19,455 bases of DNA from Elusimicrobiota bacterium (GTDB taxonomy: Bacteria > Elusimicrobiota > Elusimicrobia > Elusimicrobiales > UBA9959): the NCBI GenBank assembly GCA_036574205.1, contig JAINCQ010000008.1, positions 1 through 19,455 on the forward strand, in the 5' to 3' direction. The stretch's first letter is position 1; each line of letters opens with the position of its first letter. The notes under the pieces are model-generated. The model ran no database searches, was not told the origin of the DNA, and saw only the letters and a program-made list of their open reading frames with translations. Below are positions 7,617-14,821 of this stretch, piece after piece. A program made the translations under genes and the position numbers.

Positions 7617-8618
7617 ATGCCTATAAATTTAAAAAATAGACATTTTTTAAAAGAGATTGATTTTACAAAAGAGGAATTTTTGTTTTTACTTAAATTATCT
7701 AAAGATTTAAAAGCTGCAAAATATGCTGGAACTGAAAAACCCAAGTTGCTCGGTAAAAATATAGTTTTGATATTTGAAAAAACTTCTACAAGAACAAGAT
7801 GCGCTTTTGAGGTTGCTGCTCATGATCAGGGCGCTCATGTTACATATCTTGAACCAACAGGAAGTCAACTTGGTCATAAAGAAACTATTAAAGATACTGC
7901 AAGGGTTCTTGGAAGAATGTATGATGGGATAGAGTATAGAGGTTTTGGCCAGGAGATTGTTGAAGATCTTGCAAAATATGCTGGCGTTCCAGTATGGAAT
8001 GGTCTTACCAATGAATGGCACCCAACACAGGTTATGGCTGATGTAATGACAATGATGGAACATTCTAATAAACCACTTGAAGAAATATCATACGCCTATG
8101 TCGGGGATGCAAGATTTAATATGGGAAGATCTCTTCTTATGATAGGCGCTATACTTGGGATGGATGTTAGAATTGGCGCTCCAAAAGGACTTCAACCGCC
8201 GGATGATGTTATAAAAATGGCGCAGGAAAAAGCAAAAGAATCAGGCGCAAGAATCATAATAACAGATAATCCTGAAAAAGCTGTTAAAGGGGTTGATTTT
8301 ATCCATACTGATGTCTGGGTTTCTATGGGTGAGTCAAAGGAGGTATGGGCTGAAAGGATTAAGTTGCTTAAACCTTATCAGGTAACTCCGCAGCTTTTAA
8401 AGAAATCCGGCAATGAAAATGTTAAGTTTATGCATTGTTTGCCTTCTTTTCATAATGATGAAACTAAATTAGGCAAGGAAGTAAGCGAGAAATTTGGACT
8501 TAAGAATGGCATTGAGGTAACTGAGGATGTTTTTGAATCTAAGGCTTCCATAGTTTTTGATCAGGCAGAAAACAGAATGCATACTATTAAAGCAATAATG
8601 GTTGCCACGCTTGCATAG
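7617..8618 (+). CDS. argF: ornithine carbamoyltransferase
   Basis: Carbamoyl-phosphate motif [32 protein letters not shown]. Confidence 0.97.
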   Translation: MPINLKNRHFLKEIDFTKEEFLFLLKLSKDLKAAKYAGTEKPKLLGKNIVLIFEKTSTRTRCAFEVAAHDQGAHVTYLEPTGSQLGHKETIKDTARVLGRMYDGIEYRGFGQEIVEDLAKYAGVPVWNGLTNEWHPTQVMADVMTMMEHSNKPLEEISYAYVGDARFNMGRSLLMIGAILGMDVRIGAPKGLQPPDDVIKMAQEKAKESGARIIITDNPEKAVKGVDFIHTDVWVSMGESKEVWAERIKLLKPYQVTPQLLKKSGNENVKFMHCLPSFHNDETKLGKEVSEKFGLKNGIEVTEDVFESKASIVFDQAENRMHTIKAIMVATLA

Positions 8619-8648
8619 TAATTTTAAATTTCATATTAAAACTTAAAA

Positions 8649-10160
8649 GTGGACTTAAATAAAAACAAGAAAGAAATTATTTTTTTGGTGTTAAATCTAT
8701 TTTTTCTCAATTTGTATTCCCAAAAAGATTTTAGAGATGAGAGTATTTATTTTCTTATAACCGATAGGTTTGTTGATGGAGACAGTAAAAACAATAATAT
8801 TTATGGTGATGAATATGTAAAGGGGAATTTAAGATATTATCAAGGAGGGGATTTTAAAGGACTTATTGAAAACCTTGATTATATAAAAGATATGGGGTTT
8901 ACCGCTATATGGATAACTCCTCCTGTTATGCAACCTCCTGGAATATATGTTAACTCTTCTAAAACCTATGACGCAGCAGGATATCATGGATACTGGGGAT
9001 GGGATTTTTCAAAAATAGACCCTCATCTTGAAACTGATGGCTATACTTACAAAGATTTGATAGGAAAGGCTCATCAGAAAGGAATAAAAATAATTCAGGA
9101 TGTTGTAATAAATCATGCTTATGGAGCGGATGTGGATATAAGTGTAAGATGGTATAAGGATAGAGGAAAGGTTTTTGGGGCTGGAAAAATGTTTAATTAT
9201 TTTAATGATAGTGAAAACTGGTTTACAAAAGATGGACCTGTTTTATATGATCTTCTTGATTTTAATGATAAAAATCCAAAAACAAGAAAGTGGCTTATAG
9301 ATATTTATAAAGAATATCAAAATATGGGGGTTGATGCTTTTAGAATAGATACTGTTATCTGGGTTAGTAGCGATTTTATAAAAGAATTTTTATATGAGAT
9401 TCATAAAAATAAAAAAGACTTTTTTGTCTTTGGTGAGGTGTGGAGTAATAGTGATTTTGATTTAATCTCCTCATATACCCATCTTTGGGATGATAAAGAA
9501 AAAGATATGATGAACGCATCAATGAGTGTTGTTGATATGCCTATGTCAGCTATGGGGGAATGGGGTTTGATGGAGGAAGTTTTTAAAGGTGGAGATTATT
9601 CTAAGGTTATTAAGATACTTAGCAATGATTATAAGTATAGAGATACTACATATCTTGTAACCTATCTTGATAACCATGATAAACCGAGATTTAATAATAG
9701 TAAAAAACCTGCTAAGCTTGAAAATTATATAGATGCGTTAAACTTTTACTTTACAGTTAGAGGAATACCATGTATTTATTATGGAACTGAGATAATGATG
9801 GCAGGTGATGATGATCCAGACAATAGAAAATATTTTGGTGTTGAAGGAATAAAAAAAGCCAAAAAAAGTTTTCTCTATAAATATATTAAAAAACTTAATA
9901 AATTGAGAGCCAAAAGTATTGCTTTAAGAAAAGGCAGGCAGGAAAATATTTATGCCTTAGAAGATGAGTTTGTTTTTAAAAGAGTTTTTGAAAATGAAAC
10001 TGTTTATGTTTTTCTTAATAAAGCAGATAATAAAAGAATAATTAAAATTGATGAGATTGAGGATGGAAAATATAAAGATTTATTTTCAAACAAAAAAATT
10101 AAAATTATCAATAATCATATAGAAATTGAGCCTCATAGTTTAATTGTTTTAAAAAAATAA
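8649..10160 (+). CDS. alpha-amylase family glycoside hydrolase (GH13), probably exported
   Basis: TDRFVDGD, GGDFKG, YHGYW, DVVINH, catalytic FRIDTV / GEVW / LDNHD, GIPCIYYG. GTG start is uncertain; hydrophobic N-terminus. Confidence 0.92.
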   Translation: MDLNKNKKEIIFLVLNLFFLNLYSQKDFRDESIYFLITDRFVDGDSKNNNIYGDEYVKGNLRYYQGGDFKGLIENLDYIKDMGFTAIWITPPVMQPPGIYVNSSKTYDAAGYHGYWGWDFSKIDPHLETDGYTYKDLIGKAHQKGIKIIQDVVINHAYGADVDISVRWYKDRGKVFGAGKMFNYFNDSENWFTKDGPVLYDLLDFNDKNPKTRKWLIDIYKEYQNMGVDAFRIDTVIWVSSDFIKEFLYEIHKNKKDFFVFGEVWSNSDFDLISSYTHLWDDKEKDMMNASMSVVDMPMSAMGEWGLMEEVFKGGDYSKVIKILSNDYKYRDTTYLVTYLDNHDKPRFNNSKKPAKLENYIDALNFYFTVRGIPCIYYGTEIMMAGDDDPDNRKYFGVEGIKKAKKSFLYKYIKKLNKLRAKSIALRKGRQENIYALEDEFVFKRVFENETVYVFLNKADNKRIIKIDEIEDGKYKDLFSNKKIKIINNHIEIEPHSLIVLKK

Positions 10161-10184
10161 TAAAATAAGATTTAGGAGGAGTAA

Positions 10185-12059
10185 ATGAAAGATTTTAATT
10201 GGAAAGTAATGATAGTTGGTTTTGTTCTTTGCGCTTTAGCCGCGGCAGCAACCCCATATGTAACCTTAAAACTCGGGCAAAGCGTTGATCTTACAATAGC
10301 GGGGATGTTTTTAATAGCTTATATGTTTGCCCACAAAATGAGTAGCAAGGATCTTGCAGTTCAACTTAACATAGTTCAGACAATGATAGGTCTTGTCTCC
10401 GGTATTGCTTTTATGGTTGTTATACTTTCAGCTTTTTTTTATATTAAAAACATTTTTGGTAGAGATATAAACTTTGATCTTTCAGTATGGCAGATGTTTT
10501 TATGGCTTGTGGTTTCAGCAAATCTTGGGATATTTATGGGTATACTTCCAAGAAGCGCTATATTAAAAGACAGAACCCTCCCATGGCCTGCCAGTAAAGC
10601 AACTTTAAATGTCGCCCAGACTCTATCAGACCCGGCTGCTGGAGAATTAAACAAATCAAAAAGAAGAGTTTTAATGATGAGCACTGCTGGTTCAGGTTTT
10701 TTAACTTTTTTAAGAGATGGTATGGGGGTTTTGCAACCAGTCGTTGCCAATCCTTCATTAAATGTTGCTCTTGGTTTTGAGTTTGCGGCTTTTGGAATAG
10801 GAATGCTTGTTCCTCTTTCTGTGGGACTTTCAGGGCTTTTAGGAACATGGATAGTTAATTCCTTTGGAGATACTGTGGCAAAATATGCCGCTTTATCTGG
10901 TTTAAGTGGTGAAACTTTTAACAAATGTTTTGAGTTATTAAATAACTATTCATCCTTAGAGGGAGTTGATAAATCAAATGCCATTGAATTTTTAAATACA
11001 AGTTGTTCTAAGGCTGGTGAGTTTATTAATTCTTCTTCTCATTTTAAGTTTGTAGTTCAATGGATGATGTGGCCAGCAACAGCTATGATGATAGCAGCAG
11101 CTTTGACAGGAATATTTATTCCTGTTATAAAACACGCTTTTGGAAAAAGAAAGAAAAAAGATGATGAGCATCTATTTAAATCACTTGCCGATGAACATAT
11201 CCCTATGTCATGGATAGTTAGTGGAGTACTTTTAAGTGTTGTTTTGCTTATATGGATGACAAACAAATGGTTTAACATGCCAACTTTAGAGGTTTTACTT
11301 GCCATAGCTTTACAGCCTATTTTGATAATTGCTGGTTTAAAAGTTTTAGGAATAACAGGTTCGGGTCCAGTTTCGCTTATGGCAAATGCGACTCAATTTT
11401 TGTATGGCTTATTATGGCCTTCTCAATTAAAATCAAACTTAACCGCTGCCTATATAAGTGCAAATCCTCAGGCTACATCTGAAAATGTTGTGCCTTCATT
11501 TTGGGTCGCTCAAAGACTTGGTGGAAGATTTAAGACTCTTATAATAGCCCAGCTTTTAGTTGTTCCTATAGGCGCTTTGCTTACGCCGGTTATGTTTAAT
11601 ATGCTTGAAAAGACTTACGGCATAGGTTTAAATCCAGGACAGCTTGCCGCTCCAACAGGGCTTAAAATAGCGACTCTTGCAATTGTTATGGAAAAAGGTC
11701 TTTCCTATCTTCCTTATGGTGCTTTAAAGGCATCTGTTATAGCTGTATTTATAGGTATATTGTTTGAAATTCTTTTATCATTTAGAAAAAAGGATAAGGA
11801 AGGCAACGAAACTCAAAGGTTCTGGTGGGTTCCAATTCCAGCAGCATTGGGTTTTGCTTTAATTCTTCCTCCGTCCTTAAATATAGGTATTGCAATTGGG
11901 AGTTTTGTTTCATATATGTGGTCTAAAATAGCCTACAAAGAACACTCATCATATCATTTGTATTCTACATCTATTGCATCAGGTCTTATAGCTGGCGAGG
12001 CTATGGTTGGATCTTTGCTTTTACCTGCTTTAACAGCTTTAATAGCATTTTTAAATTAG
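10185..12059 (+). CDS. OPT/YSL-family transporter
   Basis: 624-aa polytopic membrane protein; YVTLKLG, NIVQT, LPWP, LAAP and ASGLIAGEA motifs; SD AGGAGG. Confidence 0.85.
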   Translation: MKDFNWKVMIVGFVLCALAAAATPYVTLKLGQSVDLTIAGMFLIAYMFAHKMSSKDLAVQLNIVQTMIGLVSGIAFMVVILSAFFYIKNIFGRDINFDLSVWQMFLWLVVSANLGIFMGILPRSAILKDRTLPWPASKATLNVAQTLSDPAAGELNKSKRRVLMMSTAGSGFLTFLRDGMGVLQPVVANPSLNVALGFEFAAFGIGMLVPLSVGLSGLLGTWIVNSFGDTVAKYAALSGLSGETFNKCFELLNNYSSLEGVDKSNAIEFLNTSCSKAGEFINSSSHFKFVVQWMMWPATAMMIAAALTGIFIPVIKHAFGKRKKKDDEHLFKSLADEHIPMSWIVSGVLLSVVLLIWMTNKWFNMPTLEVLLAIALQPILIIAGLKVLGITGSGPVSLMANATQFLYGLLWPSQLKSNLTAAYISANPQATSENVVPSFWVAQRLGGRFKTLIIAQLLVVPIGALLTPVMFNMLEKTYGIGLNPGQLAAPTGLKIATLAIVMEKGLSYLPYGALKASVIAVFIGILFEILLSFRKKDKEGNETQRFWWVPIPAALGFALILPPSLNIGIAIGSFVSYMWSKIAYKEHSSYHLYSTSIASGLIAGEAMVGSLLLPALTALIAFLN

Positions 12060-12772
12060 TGTTTGTGAATTAAAGATAAGACTATTGCAAATGTTATCCC
12101 CAGAAAAAGAGCAATTATGGAATGTTTTTCCTCATTTTCTCTTGCTTCGGGGATTAAATGAGAAGATGAAAAATAGATTAAAATTCCTGATGAAAATGCG
12201 CTTAATAAGCTTATTATATGATGCTCAAGATTTGATATAAAAGGATATACTATAAAAGCTCCAAGGGGAGTGGTTAATCCTGCTACCAGAAATGAATATA
12301 TTAATGCCTTCTTGGGTTTTACTCCTCCAGTTTTTAAGAATAGATATACTATTACGCCCTCAGCAAACTCATGAGCTGCAAGTCCAGTTGCTGATAAAAT
12401 TCCAATTACTGTTGAAGTTGAAAAAGTTATTGTATAAATAACACCGTCTACGAATGAATGAAATCCTATTGCAGTTGCTCCAGTAATTCCAAAAGCTATA
12501 TTTTTTTCATTTCTCTGAGATATAAATTTATTTATAATGAGCATAAACAAAAATCCACCAAGCGCCCAGAAACCTGCTTCGTGATTTTCTTCAAAGGAGT
12601 GTGGGAGGGCTATTAAAAGGGGAGTTGATATTAAAATTCCAGCGGCAAAACATAGAAGATAATCTTTAAATTTTTCAACCCAATTTTTTGATTTATGAAT
12701 AGAATAAATCCCTGCTAAATTTATAATTGCCGATAAAATCGCAAATACAGATATCCATCCAAAAGTGCTCAT
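12056..12772 (-). CDS. ZIP-family metal transporter
   Basis: FAAGILI, metal-binding helices HSFVDG and HEFAEG, TPLGA, LIPE; extended -10 TGCTATAAT 9 nt upstream of the ATG. Confidence 0.88.
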   Translation of the reverse strand: MSTFGWISVFAILSAIINLAGIYSIHKSKNWVEKFKDYLLCFAAGILISTPLLIALPHSFEENHEAGFWALGGFLFMLIINKFISQRNEKNIAFGITGATAIGFHSFVDGVIYTITFSTSTVIGILSATGLAAHEFAEGVIVYLFLKTGGVKPKKALIYSFLVAGLTTPLGAFIVYPFISNLEHHIISLLSAFSSGILIYFSSSHLIPEARENEEKHSIIALFLGITFAIVLSLIHKH

Positions 12773-12870
12773 ATATAAAAAATTATAGCATTTTGAATAA
12801 CATAGTATATTTTTAAAAGTTTAAAACAGTTTTTTAAAGTTATGATATTTTCAAAATTAATTGAAATCTT

Positions 12871-13497
12871 TTATATTATCTTTGCTTTTTCTTCAAACTT
12901 GAACCTCATAGCTCTTGGCAGAATTGGTTTTGAGGTATCATGTTTTCCTACAGCTATTATAAGCGGAATTATTTTATGTGATGGTATTGAAAACTCTTTT
13001 TTTATTGCCTCTTCATCTATACCATCCATTGGATGGGAGTCATATCCCAGAATTTTTGCAGCTATCATTAAAGACATTGCAAAAAAGGAAGCATTTTTAA
13101 CGGCAAAAATTTTTCTTCTTATATCATTGTTAGAACTTCCATATAAGTTTGGAGCAAATTTTTTGTAACCTTCAGCTGTTTTTTCATCAAGATACCCGGC
13201 GCTGATCCAATTTTCTAAAACCCTATCTATATTTGTTTCGACCGCATCAATATCTGCTATTATTATAAAGTTTACACTTGCCTGTTTTACCTTGATTTGA
13301 TTCATTGCACATTTCATTAATATTTCTTTTTTTTCTGGTGATTTTACCGCGATTACCTGCCATGGTTGAAGATTCATGGAAGAAGGAGAAAGTGATGCAA
13401 GCTCATATATTTTTTTTATATCCTCATCGCTTATAATAAACTCCGGGTCAAAATTAGCAACGCTTCTTCTTTCTTTTAAAATATCAATACAGTTCAT
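12871..13497 (-). CDS. nitroreductase-family flavoprotein
   Basis: RRSVANFDP, SPSSMNLQPW, LMIAAKILGYDSHPMDG; SD AGGAG; 8 nt downstream of the YHS-b5 gene. Confidence 0.92.
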   Translation of the reverse strand: MNCIDILKERRSVANFDPEFIISDEDIKKIYELASLSPSSMNLQPWQVIAVKSPEKKEILMKCAMNQIKVKQASVNFIIIADIDAVETNIDRVLENWISAGYLDEKTAEGYKKFAPNLYGSSNNDIRRKIFAVKNASFFAMSLMIAAKILGYDSHPMDGIDEEAIKKEFSIPSHKIIPLIIAVGKHDTSKPILPRAMRFKFEEKAKII

Positions 13498-13505
13498 AAC
13501 AACTC

Positions 13506-14123
13506 CTATTTATTTAAATTTCCTATATAAAATTTATCCAGTAGTTTTCGTGCATTTTCTGAGTGTGGCATACCTGAGCCTATTTTTTTATTATCATCAG
13601 TTGTTCTGGTTTTAAAAAGTCTTGTCGCATCTTTTCCACATCCAAGAAGTATGTTTTCATTGTGTTTGTAGGTAAAATCAGAAACATCATAAACTTTTGA
13701 GTCTATAACAAGCCAGCAGTCTCCTTTTTTGTTATGTTTTGCTATCTCTTCTATGTTAAATGATTTAACTTGAGAGTTTTTTGAGTCTTTCTTTTCTTCT
13801 TCGCAGTATACGCACATCTTGCCCTCTGTATGCACATGATTATGTTTACCTACCTTGTTTTTAGCTGGTTTTAAGTATTTTTCTGGCTCTTTTTTAAATT
13901 TTTCAACACATTCAGGACAGCAGAAAAAATAAATTTTTTCTTTATACTTAAAACTTGGAGTCTTATCTGTTATGGTAAACCTCTCTCCCATAACAGGACA
14001 GATAAGCTCATTTCCTATCTCAAGATATTTATTATCCTCTTTGCTTGTTTCATTTTGCGCAAATAAGATACCTAAACCTATAAGCGCAACTATTGTTGCT
14101 ATTATTATTTTTATTTTATTCAT
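13506..14123 (-). CDS. exported YHS (TRASH) metal-binding domain + cytochrome b5-like heme-binding domain fusion
   Basis: N-terminal signal/anchor helix; YHS CPVMGE...YFFCCPECVEKFKKEPEKY; linker HNHVH...CVYC; b5-like EEIAKHNKKGDCWLVIDSKVYDV...H...GKDAT..F...HS..A...L...IG.L. Confidence 0.8.
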   Translation of the reverse strand: MNKIKIIIATIVALIGLGILFAQNETSKEDNKYLEIGNELICPVMGERFTITDKTPSFKYKEKIYFFCCPECVEKFKKEPEKYLKPAKNKVGKHNHVHTEGKMCVYCEEEKKDSKNSQVKSFNIEEIAKHNKKGDCWLVIDSKVYDVSDFTYKHNENILLGCGKDATRLFKTRTTDDNKKIGSGMPHSENARKLLDKFYIGNLNK

Positions 14124-14327
14124 CTTTTACCTCCCTTCCAGTATTTTTAATGATTTGCTTTATCTCCTCAACAGTTATTTTGCTTTCATCAAAGACCACT
14201 TTCATAGTTTTTGTTTTATGAGAAGGTTCAACACTGATGATTCCATCAACATTGTTAAAAGCAATTTTCAAAGCATTTTCGCAACCTTTGCATGAGATAG
14301 AAGGTATTTAAAAATTATTTCTTTCAT
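14116..14327 (-). pseudogene. copZ: CopZ-like HMA copper chaperone with a 1-nt frameshift (real or sequencing error)
   Basis: ATG 14327 overlaps the csoR stop (ATGA). Adding one base in the homopolymer runs at 14307-14314 gives MKEIIFKIPSISCKGCENALKIAFNNVDGIISVEPSHKTKTMKVVFDESKITVEEIKQIIKNTGREVKDE* (70 aa, CxxC), ending at TAA 14118-14116 and overlapping the next start. The span is 212 nt, one short of a codon multiple. Confidence 0.85.
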
Positions 14328-14599
14328 GAGTATTTTTTATATATATCTATTAATTCCCTTATTTTTTCTTTAATTTCCTTTTCATTTTTTGATTGCATTG
14401 CGTTTCTTACGCAGGTATTCAGGTGATTTTCAAGTATTAAAGCATTTATACTTTTAAGCGCACCTATTACAGCTGCAATCTGCTGGAATATATCAATGCA
14501 GTATTCTTTGTTCTCAATCATCCTTTTAATGCCATTTATCTGTCCATATGCTTTTTTAATTCTTGGCGAAATTTTTTTAATAAGCCTGTCATCAACCAT
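14324..14599 (-). CDS. csoR: CsoR-family copper-sensing repressor
   Basis: GQINGIKRMIENKEYCIDIFQQIAAV...LENHLNTCV with the Cys/His/Cys Cu(I) ligand set; divergent from copA. Confidence 0.92.
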   Translation of the reverse strand: MVDDRLIKKISPRIKKAYGQINGIKRMIENKEYCIDIFQQIAAVIGALKSINALILENHLNTCVRNAMQSKNEKEIKEKIRELIDIYKKYS

Positions 14600-14605
14600 A
14601 ATTAG

Positions 14606-14634
14606 ATTATACTATTATAGGGTATACTTGTCAA
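14606..14634 (-). promoter_or_regulatory. consensus sigma70 promoter of the csoR operon
   Basis: Minus strand TTGACA (14634-14629), 17 nt, TATAAT (14611-14606), 6 nt, ATG 14599. Confidence 0.85.
14608..14626. promoter_or_regulatory. CsoR-type operator 1
   Basis: TATAC-TATTATAGG-GTATA; ATAC...GGGTAT pseudo-palindrome resembling characterised CsoR operators; covers the csoR -10 box and spacer. Confidence 0.75.
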
Positions 14635-14656
14635 GTCTTAAAATTTACATTATAAT
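14628..14656 (+). promoter_or_regulatory. sigma70 promoter of the copA transcript
   Basis: TTGTCA (14628-14633), 17 nt, TATAAT (14651-14656); its -35 overlaps the csoR -35 within CTTGTCAAG. Confidence 0.75.
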
Positions 14657-14662
14657 ATTTTT

Positions 14663-14809
14663 ATGAAGATGTTTATATACTATATGGGGGTATGTTTTCT
14701 TTGTCAAACGATTCTCAAGCGGTATGCTGAAAGATTGAAAGATAAAGTGAAACTTGATGAAAAGTATAGAAAAAGTGAAAATATGTGCCAAAGAGGATCA
14801 CTGTTTTGA
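14663..14809 (+). CDS. candidate leaderless 48-aa small ORF with CxxC upstream of copA
   Basis: MKMFIYYMGVCFLCQTILKRYAERLKDKVKLDEKYRKSENMCQRGSLF*. The ATG is 6 nt after TATAAT and the stop overlaps the copA SD (GAGAGG). No recognisable family. Confidence 0.3.
   Translation: MKMFIYYMGVCFLCQTILKRYAERLKDKVKLDEKYRKSENMCQRGSLF
14676..14694. promoter_or_regulatory. CsoR-type operator 2
   Basis: TATAC-TATATGGGG-GTATG with a G-tract; downstream of the copA promoter; overlaps a possible second minus-strand promoter TTGACA (14707-14702), 17 nt, TATAGT (14684-14679). Confidence 0.75.
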
Positions 14810-14821
14810 GAGGTTGTTATT

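Noticed and set aside
7707..8063. Minus-strand 118-aa ORF
   Set aside because: Antisense to the highly conserved OTCase gene.
10439..11305. Minus-strand ORFs within the OPT gene
   Set aside because: Antisense shadows with no motifs or start signals.
12842..14295. Plus-strand ORFs 12842-13168, 13376-13615 and 13972-14295
   Set aside because: Antisense to the nitroreductase, YHS-b5 and copZ genes, which explain the region.
14300..14320. Programmed -1 ribosomal frameshift in copZ
   Set aside because: The -1 frame has TAA immediately before the ATA CCT continuation and the codons do not fit an in-frame X XXY YYZ heptamer; a simple indel is more parsimonious.
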